Origin: Elusimicrobiota bacterium
GTDB taxonomy: Bacteria > Elusimicrobiota > Elusimicrobia > Elusimicrobiales > UBA9959
Direction of reading: 5' to 3'
Assembly (NCBI GenBank): GCA_027340875.1
Contig: DAIENX010000007.1
Span: 129,871 to 193,870 of the forward strand
Length of the DNA stretch: 64,000 bases
Shown: positions 1-8,830 of the stretch, one piece after another
Layout: each line of letters begins with the position of its first letter
Numbering within the stretch: position 1 is the first letter of the stretch
Translations under genes and position numbers: made by a program
Notes under the pieces: generated by a model
Seen by the model: only the letters and a program-made list of their open reading frames with translations
Told to the model about the DNA's origin: nothing
The model's database searches: none

Positions 1-377
1 GTGTTCATGCTCAGAATGCGCTGCGCCACCCTCAGACGCACCCTCAGCAGGTCCTTATCGGGCGGCTTCTGCATGTAATCGTCGGCGCCGGCGTCCATCG
101 CCTCCATGAAATTTATGTTCCCGAGCTTGCTGCCGGTAAGGATTATGAAGTACACGTATTGCCTGGCAGCGTCGGCACGCACCTTCCTTATCAGCTCCAG
201 CCCTGAAAGCCCCGGCATTATCCAGTCGCAGACGGCCACCAGTATCTCCCTGTCGGAAAGCGCCACCAGAGCCTCCGTGCCGTTGGAAGCGTAGACCGGC
301 TTATGCCCGCACAGCTCCACTATCCGTCCCGCCACCATCCTGCTGGCGCTATCGTCATCAGCTATGAGTATCTTCAT
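1..377 (-). CDS. Response regulator receiver-domain protein (3' part runs off window)
   Basis: Manual translation from ATG at 377: MKILIADDDSASRMVAG...VAVCDWIMPGLSGLELIRKVR...FIILTG...GADDYMQKP, a canonical REC motif set; not in the ORF track. Confidence 0.9.
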   Translation of the reverse strand, partial: MKILIADDDSASRMVAGRIVELCGHKPVYASNGTEALVALSDREILVAVCDWIMPGLSGLELIRKVRADAARQYVYFIILTGSKLGNINFMEAMDAGADDYMQKPPDKDLLRVRLRVAQRILSMN

Positions 378-478
378 TAGATATCCCCCTGGAGGCCTAT
401 AATAGCATAATGGGCTTCCGCCTTGGACCGGTCCCGAGGACTCGCGCGGGGGCAAACCCGTCTTTCGCGGCGGCCCTA

Positions 479-506
479 TGAAACTTTTTCGCCTTCCCCG
501 CATCTC
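479..506 (+). promoter_or_regulatory. Possible ECF-sigma-type promoter (TGAAAC-N16-CATCT) upstream of tolC
   Basis: TGAAAC at 479-484, exactly 16 nt, then CATCTC; resembles SigW/ECF consensus TGAAAC-N16-CGT(A/C). Confidence 0.35.
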
Positions 507-530
507 ATTGGTGCAGGAAAGGAGAAAAGC

Positions 531-1883
531 ATGGACCTGAAGAAGCTTCCGCTGGCTACAATACTGATACTCCCCCTCGCCGCCTACGCCAGGGCGGGCC
601 TGACGCTGGAGCAGGCCGTGGACCGCGGGTTAAAAGTCGACAATGTGATAAGAACGGAGGCCGCCAGGGTGAGCGGGGCCAAGGCCGGTCTTAAGCAGGC
701 CAGGATGAGCCGCTTCGGCGGGCTGAAGCTCAAGGGCATGTATACCGACGGGAACGACCCGGTCTACGCTTTCGCCACGGCGATGAAGCAGGGCACTTTC
801 GGCATGGCCTCCCTGGCCACGATAAACGACCCGGACCCGGCGCGCAACTACATGGCAGGCGTGGAGGCCGGGGTCCCGCTGTTCACCGGCTTCGCCATTT
901 CCAACGCGGAAAAGATGGGAAAGCTCGGCGTAGAGGCGGCCGAGGCCGGCTACGCCCGCGCCAACTCGGGCATAACCTTCAAGATAGCCTACCAGTGGAT
1001 GATGGTCCTGCTGCGCGCCCGGCTGGCCGGCCTGGCCGCCGACAGCGTCGCGGCGGCGGAAACCGAGCTCAAGACCGCCCAGATGCTCAAGGACAAGGGC
1101 ATGGTGCTGGGCTCGGACTATTACGGCGCCGAGGCCATACTTTCCACGCTGCGCGGCTACAAACTGGAGTGGGACAAGGCGCTGGAGCTGGAGAAGGAGA
1201 AGCTGGGTATAGCGGTAGGCCTGCCCGGCGGGGCCGAGGTTTCCGGCGAGCTGCGCGACCCGGGCTACCCCGCCCTCGACCGGGGCCGGCTCGAGGACGG
1301 AGCCGCCGGCCGCAAGGACGTGCTGGCCCTGCGCAAGATGGCGCAGATCTCCAGGACGGCCGAGAAGATGCAGGAGAACTCCGTGCTGCCGGTAGTGGAG
1401 GCGTTCGGCTCCTGGGAGACCAATTCGGAGAGCCTTTCCGATTTCAAGGGCAACCGCATGCTCGGCCTGCGCCTGACCATGCCCATAGGCGACCCCGCCT
1501 GGTTCGCCAGGCGCGACGGCGCCAGGGCCGAGGCCTCCATGGCCTCCAGCCGCGCCGACGAAGCCGATAAGCAGGCCGCCGTAGAGCTGTCGGAAGCCCT
1601 CAACAATTACAGCTCCGCGCTCGAGACCCTGCCGGTCACGAAGGAGACCGTGGAGAAGGCCAAGCAGTCCCTGGAGCTGTTCCGCCCGCTGTACCGCCAG
1701 GGCCGCCAGAGCGTTCTGGAGGTGCTGCGCGCGCAGGCCAGCGTGCTGCAGGCCGAGGCCGCCTACTACCAGGACCTTTTCAAGCTGAACCTCTACCATG
1801 CGCAGGCCCTGCTGGCCTCGGAGACGCTGGACGCCGCCGCGGTCAAGGACATCTCCGGCAGGCTGTCCGCAGGGAACTATTAG
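531..1883 (+). CDS. TolC-family outer membrane efflux protein
   Basis: SD GGAG before ATG 531; signal peptide, LTLEQAV start, two helical repeats, YRQGRQSVLEVLRAQ motif. Confidence 0.85.
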   Translation: MDLKKLPLATILILPLAAYARAGLTLEQAVDRGLKVDNVIRTEAARVSGAKAGLKQARMSRFGGLKLKGMYTDGNDPVYAFATAMKQGTFGMASLATINDPDPARNYMAGVEAGVPLFTGFAISNAEKMGKLGVEAAEAGYARANSGITFKIAYQWMMVLLRARLAGLAADSVAAAETELKTAQMLKDKGMVLGSDYYGAEAILSTLRGYKLEWDKALELEKEKLGIAVGLPGGAEVSGELRDPGYPALDRGRLEDGAAGRKDVLALRKMAQISRTAEKMQENSVLPVVEAFGSWETNSESLSDFKGNRMLGLRLTMPIGDPAWFARRDGARAEASMASSRADEADKQAAVELSEALNNYSSALETLPVTKETVEKAKQSLELFRPLYRQGRQSVLEVLRAQASVLQAEAAYYQDLFKLNLYHAQALLASETLDAAAVKDISGRLSAGNY

Positions 1884-1916
1884 CCGCAAAGCCCCGCTTG
1901 AACCGCAGGGACGGAC

Positions 1917-2081
1917 GGGCGTTCTTCCACGAACCCGTTGCGGAAGGGGGGGCCCCGTACTTTAAGACAAAGCGGGGATCGAGGAGAGGAGACCGGAAAT
2001 TTCAGGCCCGCGGCGGGACCAAAGTACGGGGGGAAACCGACGCAAGGGTTTCCATCTTCCAGGGTTCGCGGAAGAACGCCC
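1917..2081. other. Structured intergenic element (long inverted repeat with nested stems); ncRNA or MITE-like
   Basis: 1917-1936 pairs 19/20 with 2062-2081; 1953-1963 pairs 11/11 with 2021-2031; hairpin 2032-2038/2047-2053. Confidence 0.6.
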
Positions 2082-2156
2082 GGACAGCCAGACGGAACAA
2101 AAATACGCGTCGGACGACAGGACCCCGACGGAAACCTTAGAACATCGGAGCGACAA

Positions 2157-5100
2157 ATGCAGAACCCAGAACACAAGTACGGCATGGCCGGGCGCATAGC
2201 GGAGAGCTTCATAGGCTCCCGCCTCACCCCCATCCTGATAATAACCTTCATCCTGCTCGGCGTCTTCTCGACGTTCAAGCTGCCGCGCGAGGAGGAACCG
2301 CAGATCAACGTGCCCATGTTCGACATCATGGTGCCGTTCTACGGCGCGGCGCCCAAGGAGATAGAGAAGCACCTCGTCGAAGTGGGCGAGCGCAAGCTCT
2401 GGGAGATACCCGGCGTAGAGTACATCTACTCGATGGCCCAGCCCAACTTCGCGATGTTCACCGTGCGCTTCAAGGTGGGCACTTCCCCCGAGACCGCGGC
2501 CAACCTGATCTACACCAAGACGCTCGACAACAAGGACATCTTCCCGCGCGGCACCGGAGAGCCGCTGATCAAGTTCCGCGCTATCGACGACGTGCCCGTG
2601 CTGGCGCTGACGCTCTGGGGCAGGGACAAGAGCGGCTACGACCTGCGCCGCGTAGCGGCCAGGATACAGACCGAGATCAACTCCGTCCAGAACGTCTCCG
2701 AGACGCGCATCATCGGCGGCCACAAGCGGCAGTTCATAGTGCATTTCGACCCGGTCTCCATCGCGCGCCACCGCCTGACCCCGCCGATGCTGGCCGGCAT
2801 CATCAAGATGTCCAACGCCAACCTGCCCGCCGGGCACTACAACAAGGGCGATACCGTCCTGCTGGCCCAGACCGACGCCTTCGTCCGCAGCGCCGAGGAC
2901 CTCCGCAACATCGTGGTCGGCGTCTACGACGGCAAGCCGGTGCGCCTCTCCGAGGTCGCCGACATCGCCGACGGCCCCGACGAGGAGGAGCGCTCCGTCA
3001 CGATGCTGCAGGGCCCCGCCTCCAGCTCCAAGGCCGGTCCGTCCGACGCGGTAACCCTCTCCGTGGCCAAGCGCCGCGGCGCCAACGCCACCGAGGTGGC
3101 CCGCGAGATACTCTCCCGCGTAGAGGCCATGAAAGGAAAGGAGATACCCGACGGCGTCAGCCTGACCGTCACGCGCAACTACGGCGAGACCGCCAAGGCC
3201 AAGTCCGACGAGCTGATCTACCACATGCTGCTGGCCACGCTGTCGGTCACCGTGCTGATAGCCCTTACGCTGGGCCTGCGCGAGGCCGCCGTAGTGCTGG
3301 TGGCCATCCCGGTCACGCTGGCGCTGACGATGCTGGTCTACTTCCTGTACGGCTACACGCTGAACCGCATCACGCTGTTCGCGCTGATCTTCTCCATCGG
3401 CATCCTGGTCGACGACGCGATAGTCGTGGTGGAGAACATCAACCGCCACTGCATGCTCCACAGGAAGAACTCGCTGTTCCGGAACATCCTGAACGCGGTG
3501 GACGAGGTGGGCAATCCCACGATACTCGCGACCTGGACCGTGATAGCCTCGATACTCCCGATGGCCTTCGTGCGCGGCCTGATGGGCCCCTACATGCGTC
3601 CGATACCGATAGGCGCCTCCGTCGCGATGCTGTTCTCGCTCGGCGTGGCCTTCGCCTTCACGCCGTGGCTGTACGCCAAGGTGGTGGAGAAATGGCCGCT
3701 GAAGCACCACGGCCACGGCAGGGAGGGCGCGCTGGACCGCTGGTACCGCGGCCTGATGAAGAAGCTGATCTATAAGCCGGCCGCGGGCAGGCAGTTCCTG
3801 CTCTTCACCGCGCTGCTGCTGGCCGGGGCGCTGGCGATGGTCGCCTTCAGGCTGGTCATCTTCAAGACGCTGCCGTTCGACAACAAGAACGAGTTCCAGG
3901 TCATCATCAACATGCCGGAAAGCTCGTCGCTGGCGCGCACCGAGAAGGCCGCGAAGGAGATGGCGGCCTACCTCTCCACCGTGCCGGAGGTCCGCGACCT
4001 GCAGGTCTACGCCGGCACCTCCGCGCCGTACAACTTCAACGGCCTGGTGCGCCACTACTTCCTGCGGCGCGAGCCCTACCAGGCCGACATACAGGTCAAT
4101 CTCTCCGACAAGCACGAGCGCAGGCGCCAGAGCCACGACATCGCGCTGGCGGCCAGGCCGAAGCTCAAGGAGATAGCGGACTCCTACGGCGCCCGCGTGC
4201 AGGTGGCCGAGGTGCCGCCCGGCCCGCCGGTGCTGGCCACGATGCTGGTGGAGGTCTACGACCCCAACCCCAAGAACCAGCGCGCGCTGGCCGAGGAGAT
4301 AAAGAACCTGCTCCGGAAGTCCGACGGCATAGTGGACGTGGATTCCTACATACCCGACGACCAGCCGATAACCCGCCTGGAGGTGGACCGCCAGAAGGCC
4401 ACGCTCAACGGCATAGCGGCGGCGGACATAGTGCAGACCGCGGCCATGTCCCTCTCCGGCGCGGACATAGACTCGGCGCACGTGGAGGACGAGAACGAGG
4501 CGGTCGACATCAGGCTGCGCCTCTCGCCGGAGAAGCGCCGCGAGCTGTCCACGCTCAAGGAGATAAAGTTCTTCTCCCCCAACGGCACCGCGATACCGAT
4601 GGCCAGTTTCGTCAAGGCCGAGAACGGGCTCGAGAACCAGCCCATCTACCGCAAGAACCTGCAGCGCGTGGCGTACGTCACGGCCGACATAGCCGGCGGC
4701 ACCGAAAGCCCGGTCTACGCCGTGCTCGACCTCAAGAAGAAGATAGACGAGCTCTCCCGGGCGCGCGGCGCGGAGATAAAGCAGTACTTCACGCGCCAGC
4801 CCGACAGCGCCTCCGAGACCGCGATCAAGTGGGACGGCGAGTGGCAGATAACCTACGAGGTGTTCAGGGACCTCGGCCTCGCGTTCGCGATGGTGCTGGT
4901 GCTCATCTACATCCTCGTCGTGGCCTGGTTCGAGGATTTCCTGACGCCGTTCATCATCATGGCCGCGATACCTATGGCGCTGATAGGCATCATACCGGCG
5001 CACTGGGCGATGCGCGCCTTCTTCACGGCCACGTCGATGATAGGCTTTATCGCGTCGGCGGGCATCGTCGTGCGCAACTCCATCATCCTGGTGGACTTCA

Positions 5101-5408
5101 TCAATCTGAAGGTGAGAGAGGGTATGGAACTGAGGGAGGCCGTGATAGAGGCCGGCGTGGTCAGGTTCAGGCCTATGCTGCTGACCGCGCTGGCCGTCAT
5201 AGTCGGCGCCGGCGTCATACTCTTCGACCCTATCTTCCAGGGCCTGGCCATCTCGCTGATAGCCGGGCAGATAGCGGCCACGCTGCTTTCGCGCGTCGCC
5301 GTGCCGGTGCTGTACTACCTGGCCTTCGCGGGCCGGGAGCACCGTCTGAAGCCCGCAGCCGCCGAGCCCGAGGTCCGCGAGGAACTGCTCGGCGCGACCG
5401 GGGAATAA
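2157..5408 (+). CDS. RND efflux transporter permease (AcrB/AcrD/AcrF family)
   Basis: PREEEPQI motif, TM4 GILVDDAIVVVEN, GIVVRNSIILVDF, RFRPMLLT; likely start ATG 2157 after GGAG. Confidence 0.95.
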   Translation: MQNPEHKYGMAGRIAESFIGSRLTPILIITFILLGVFSTFKLPREEEPQINVPMFDIMVPFYGAAPKEIEKHLVEVGERKLWEIPGVEYIYSMAQPNFAMFTVRFKVGTSPETAANLIYTKTLDNKDIFPRGTGEPLIKFRAIDDVPVLALTLWGRDKSGYDLRRVAARIQTEINSVQNVSETRIIGGHKRQFIVHFDPVSIARHRLTPPMLAGIIKMSNANLPAGHYNKGDTVLLAQTDAFVRSAEDLRNIVVGVYDGKPVRLSEVADIADGPDEEERSVTMLQGPASSSKAGPSDAVTLSVAKRRGANATEVAREILSRVEAMKGKEIPDGVSLTVTRNYGETAKAKSDELIYHMLLATLSVTVLIALTLGLREAAVVLVAIPVTLALTMLVYFLYGYTLNRITLFALIFSIGILVDDAIVVVENINRHCMLHRKNSLFRNILNAVDEVGNPTILATWTVIASILPMAFVRGLMGPYMRPIPIGASVAMLFSLGVAFAFTPWLYAKVVEKWPLKHHGHGREGALDRWYRGLMKKLIYKPAAGRQFLLFTALLLAGALAMVAFRLVIFKTLPFDNKNEFQVIINMPESSSLARTEKAAKEMAAYLSTVPEVRDLQVYAGTSAPYNFNGLVRHYFLRREPYQADIQVNLSDKHERRRQSHDIALAARPKLKEIADSYGARVQVAEVPPGPPVLATMLVEVYDPNPKNQRALAEEIKNLLRKSDGIVDVDSYIPDDQPITRLEVDRQKATLNGIAAADIVQTAAMSLSGADIDSAHVEDENEAVDIRLRLSPEKRRELSTLKEIKFFSPNGTAIPMASFVKAENGLENQPIYRKNLQRVAYVTADIAGGTESPVYAVLDLKKKIDELSRARGAEIKQYFTRQPDSASETAIKWDGEWQITYEVFRDLGLAFAMVLVLIYILVVAWFEDFLTPFIIMAAIPMALIGIIPAHWAMRAFFTATSMIGFIASAGIVVRNSIILVDFINLKVREGMELREAVIEAGVVRFRPMLLTALAVIVGAGVILFDPIFQGLAISLIAGQIAATLLSRVAVPVLYYLAFAGREHRLKPAAAEPEVREELLGATGE

Positions 5409-5422
5409 TCGAGGAGAATAAA

Positions 5423-5614
5423 ATGAAACTCAATGACGCGTTAAGGCTGCTGGCCGGGTTCATGGTGCTGCTGAGCGCGGCGCTCACGGTCTACGTGAAC
5501 GGCAGCTTCATCTGGCTGACGGTGTTCGTGGGGGCCAACCTGCTGCAGTCGGCCTTCACCAAGTGGTGCCCGGCGATCTGGTTCTTCCGGAAGCTGGGTC
5601 TGAAGGAATGCTGA
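5423..5614 (+). CDS. DUF2892 (YgaP-like) small membrane protein
   Basis: SD GAGGAG; two TM helices and FVGANLLQSAFTKWCP signature. Confidence 0.85.
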   Translation: MKLNDALRLLAGFMVLLSAALTVYVNGSFIWLTVFVGANLLQSAFTKWCPAIWFFRKLGLKEC

Positions 5615-5626
5615 GGAAACGCAAAC

Positions 5627-5791
5627 ATGATGAAAGAGGAAAAGAAGAAAGAACCCGCGACAGGGAAATACGTATACGACAGGAATACGGGAAAAGTCGT
5701 GAAGGTGTCGGACCGGGCGAGCGCGACGAAGAAAGATGCGGCGCCCTCCTTTCCGTCCTGCGGGACTGGCGGCTGCTGCTGCGGAAACTGA
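5627..5791 (+). CDS. 54-aa small protein with Cys-rich C-terminus
   Basis: Manual translation MMKEEKKKEPATGKYVYDRNTGKVVKVSDRASATKKDAAPSFPSCGTGGCCCGN; GAGGA SD upstream; below ORF-track cutoff. Confidence 0.6.
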   Translation: MMKEEKKKEPATGKYVYDRNTGKVVKVSDRASATKKDAAPSFPSCGTGGCCCGN

Positions 5792-5808
5792 GCTAGGCCC
5801 GCGGGGCC

Positions 5809-6465
5809 TCAGCGCAGCAGCTCGGCCGCGAAAGCCTTGGCTTCCTCTATGAAGCCCGGCCACTCGCCGGGCGATAGCAGGCCGCGCTGTTTTATCAGCA
5901 GCAGGAACCCCGGCGCTCCCTGCACCATCAGCCCGAGGTTCTGCTCGAACCAGGCTGCGCGGCGGGAGCCGAAGAAGGCGCGCACGCGCTCCTCGTCGGG
6001 GCCGGTCAGCCTGTACTTGTCCGAGAAGAGCGGGAACTCGGGCAGGTCTATGTCCTTGAAGCCTATCATCTCCCCGAGCTTATACATCAGCGTCTCCGGC
6101 TTCAGGTCGAAGCGCGGGATGTCGCCGCCGCAGGCCATCAGGGCCACGGTGTGCCTGCGGACGCTCCGGCTTTTCCCGGAGCCGATGGTGTAGCTGTAGT
6201 CGAACAACTTGACGGCGCCGTGCTGCGACTGGACCTCCACCATATTGAACGCGCGCCTGGAACGGCCCAGCGAAAAAAGCTCCAGGCCGGCCGCCGCCAG
6301 CGCGGCGGGGTCCGGGCCTTCCTGCGCAAAGATCAGCCCCATCGACGCCGCCATGGCCTCGATGTCCTTACGGCGCTTCCACACAAGGTACAGGGATCCG
6401 CCTCCGAAAACCGCCGCTATCACGAGGAATATAACGACCGGATGCGTTCCGAGCAGATCTTGCAT
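5809..6465 (-). CDS. Hypothetical protein with N-terminal membrane anchor
   Basis: N-terminal TM followed by KRRK; GFKDIDLPEFPLFSDKYRLTG motif; coupled to upstream gene. Confidence 0.75.
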   Translation of the reverse strand: MQDLLGTHPVVIFLVIAAVFGGGSLYLVWKRRKDIEAMAASMGLIFAQEGPDPAALAAAGLELFSLGRSRRAFNMVEVQSQHGAVKLFDYSYTIGSGKSRSVRRHTVALMACGGDIPRFDLKPETLMYKLGEMIGFKDIDLPEFPLFSDKYRLTGPDEERVRAFFGSRRAAWFEQNLGLMVQGAPGFLLLIKQRGLLSPGEWPGFIEEAKAFAAELLR

Positions 6466-6737
6466 CAGTTCCCCCCCGTCTTGTTGAGGTCCAGGCTGTC
6501 CAGGTTGGTCTTTTCCGTCTTCTCGTAGAGCTCTTTGGCGGCCTTGGCCTTGGAGATCTGGTCCACCTGGCCGCGCAGATAATTACCCGCGGCCGTAGCC
6601 GGCGGCTTCTCGGCCGGAGCGGCCGCCTGCGCCGGCTCGGCCTTCGGCTGCGGCACCTGCTCAGGCTGCTTCTTCTTGCAGGCCGCGGCTAAGAGCAGCG
6701 CCGGCACCAGCCACGCCATAAGCGATCTGTTCGTCAT
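6465..6737 (-). CDS. Small lipoprotein
   Basis: Lipobox LLLAAA-C, Pro/Ala linker; SD GGGGGA. Confidence 0.7.
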   Translation of the reverse strand: MTNRSLMAWLVPALLLAAACKKKQPEQVPQPKAEPAQAAAPAEKPPATAAGNYLRGQVDQISKAKAAKELYEKTEKTNLDSLDLNKTGGN

Positions 6738-6746
6738 GTCCCCCCC

Positions 6747-7772
6747 TTAAAGGTCTATGAGATGTTCAGCTATCTGCACCGAATTAAGGGCAGCGCCCTT
6801 GTAAAGGTTGTCGGATACCACCCAGAGCTGGAACTCGCGCGGCGAGGTCTTGGAGCGGCGCAGGCGGCCGGAGTAGACTATGTCGGTCCTGTGGCCGTTC
6901 TCCAGCGGCGTCGGGTAGTTCTCTGGTTCGGGCAGGAACTTCAGCCCCGGGGTCCTGGCGAACTCCCGCCTGATATCGGCGAGGCCGCAGGGCCTTGAAG
7001 TGGTGAACCAGAGCGCCAGGGAATGCCCGCGCAGCACCGGCACGCGCACCGAGGTCACGCTGATGCGCAGGCGCGGAGCGCCCAGTATCTTTTTCAGCTC
7101 CGCCTCCACCTTGTTCTCCTCGCCGGTATTCCCTTCCGCGTCGAAGCCGCCAACCTGCGGGAAAAGATTGAAGGCTATCGGCCGGGGAAAGCCCTTTCCC
7201 TTGAGGCGCGGCACGGAACCTTTCCGGAGATAACCGCGCAGCTCCTCTTCCAGCTCAGTCATCGCGGCCTTTCCGGCCCCGGAGACTGCCTGATAGGTGG
7301 CCATGCGCAGCTCGGAGAGGCCGTAGCGCCTGTGCACCCCCGCCAGCGCCACCGCGGCGCCGGTCAGCGTGCAGTTGGGACCGGCGATAAGGCGCCTCGA
7401 AGACTTCAGCTCGCCGCCGTTCACCTCCGGGATCACCAGCGGCACTTTCGGGGAGAGCCGGAACTGCGAGGAATCGTCTACGCACCAGACCCCCTCGGCC
7501 GCCAGCCGCGGGGCGAACTTCTCCGAGACTTCCTCGTTAGAGACGAAAAAAACGATATCGGCCCGCTTCAGGGCCCCGAAGGACGGGGCCGAGCAGGCGT
7601 AGCGCCTGCCGCGGAACCTTACGTATGCGGCCCTGCGGCCGGAGTTGAAGGCGTACAGCTCGGCGACCGGGAAGCGCCGGCTCTCCAGCAGGCCCAGCAG
7701 CTCCCCCCCCACCATGCCAGAGGCCCCCACCACCGCCACGTCGAACTTTCCGGATCCCTTCTTTCCGTTCAT
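6747..7772 (-). CDS. asd: Aspartate-semialdehyde dehydrogenase
   Basis: VVGASGMVG, DDSSQFR, PNC catalytic Cys, YQAVSGAG, RVPVLRGHS, DNLYKGAALN. Confidence 0.95.
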   Translation of the reverse strand: MNGKKGSGKFDVAVVGASGMVGGELLGLLESRRFPVAELYAFNSGRRAAYVRFRGRRYACSAPSFGALKRADIVFFVSNEEVSEKFAPRLAAEGVWCVDDSSQFRLSPKVPLVIPEVNGGELKSSRRLIAGPNCTLTGAAVALAGVHRRYGLSELRMATYQAVSGAGKAAMTELEEELRGYLRKGSVPRLKGKGFPRPIAFNLFPQVGGFDAEGNTGEENKVEAELKKILGAPRLRISVTSVRVPVLRGHSLALWFTTSRPCGLADIRREFARTPGLKFLPEPENYPTPLENGHRTDIVYSGRLRRSKTSPREFQLWVVSDNLYKGAALNSVQIAEHLIDL

Positions 7773-8827
7773 TCCGATGCGTCCCCTTCGCCGGCGGGCT
7801 GTTCCGGAGCAGGCTGCTCCGGCGCCGCCTGCTTCATGGGCGGGATGGTTATCTCCTTGGAATAGCCCACGTTCTCCAGGCTGTCAACGGCGGCCGCCCT
7901 CAGGTAGAACATATCCGCGGATATCCCGTCCCGGGCGAAGGTCCAGAAATACGGGGCCCTGAAGAAATATCTGGTCACCCGCTGCCAGTCGAACTTGTCG
8001 TAGGAGACCTCCAGCCAGGCCGCGCGCACGTCCTCGCCTATGGCCGAGAAGGAGACGTTTATCTCCGTGGAGGTGAGCTCGGCGGCGAAGCCCTTGATGA
8101 AGACGCGGTACTCGTTGAACGGCACGAGCTTCACGGCCATAGCCGGCTTTATGCCGGAGATCGGGGTCTCCAGCACGCCGTCGCCCGAAGGCGCGTTGCC
8201 CCTGATGGAGCGGTTGACCCAGACGTTCTCCTCGCCGCCGCCGCTCATCGCGGCCGCTATTATCGGGGAGCTGGACGCCGAGACGAAGTAGCGGGAAGAG
8301 GACCAGAGCGCGAGATAGTTGTCCTTGTCCCCGGAGACGCGGGACAGCGGGACCTCGGCCCAGACCCACCGGGAGGAGTCCACACCGTCGAGGGAATCGT
8401 TCGGCAGCGGCTCCCGCGGCAGGTCGGCCGCCTCGGCCAGGAAATAGGTGTGGTCCGAGCTGAACGTCGGGGCCTGGTTCACCGCCATGTAGATCTTGCC
8501 GGGTATCGGCTCGGGGTCCCAGGAATAGGGCCACGACATGATCTTCGCGCGGCCGAGCTTGGCCCCGACGTACGCCTTCGCGTAGCCGGCGGTGGGTATC
8601 GGCGGCAGCTTGACGATCCAGCAGTTGTTGTAGCCGACGTACCAGTCCGCGTGGAAGCCGCCGTCGGCGTAGAGATAGTAGCGCCCGAGGTTGCGCTCCG
8701 GGGCGAAGTACGCGGGCACGAAGGCCTTCGGGCCCGCGGAGAATACCGGCCCGCCCTCGGCGGCCGCCGGCGCGGCGGGCGCGGCGAGCAGCGCGGCGAG
8801 CAGCAGAGTCTTAGCCAGGCGTGCCAT
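7769..8827 (-). CDS. Hypothetical secreted beta-rich protein
   Basis: Signal peptide; aromatic beta-strand-rich; C-terminal YLRAAAVDSLEN Ig-like strand; abuts parB and overlaps asd. Confidence 0.75.
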   Translation of the reverse strand: MARLAKTLLLAALLAAPAAPAAAEGGPVFSAGPKAFVPAYFAPERNLGRYYLYADGGFHADWYVGYNNCWIVKLPPIPTAGYAKAYVGAKLGRAKIMSWPYSWDPEPIPGKIYMAVNQAPTFSSDHTYFLAEAADLPREPLPNDSLDGVDSSRWVWAEVPLSRVSGDKDNYLALWSSSRYFVSASSSPIIAAAMSGGGEENVWVNRSIRGNAPSGDGVLETPISGIKPAMAVKLVPFNEYRVFIKGFAAELTSTEINVSFSAIGEDVRAAWLEVSYDKFDWQRVTRYFFRAPYFWTFARDGISADMFYLRAAAVDSLENVGYSKEITIPPMKQAAPEQPAPEQPAGEGDASE

Positions 8828-8830
8828 GTG

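Noticed and set aside
423..530. Extended N-termini in ORF track (also 1938, 10646, 26527, 40554, 41581, 45942, 55117)
   Set aside because: Downstream ATGs with SD or coupling match family N-termini; extensions are low-information or overlap other genes
2032..2053. c-di-GMP-I riboswitch suggested by GACGCAA
   Set aside because: Lacks the GCAAACC..GAAA P2 stem and the P3 receptor arrangement
1962..5342. Very long antisense ORFs (also 630-1889, 18051-20078, 22445-24259, 26673-29162, 57782-59224, 61491-62969)
   Set aside because: Shadow ORFs opposite well-supported genes, caused by GC-biased codon usage; no recognisable motifs
5609..5650. Selenocysteine readthrough of the DUF2892 TGA (C-U-G-N) into the in-frame Cys-rich microprotein
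   Set aside because: Downstream sequence is purine-rich with no SECIS-like hairpin; GAGGA is better explained as the SD of the next gene
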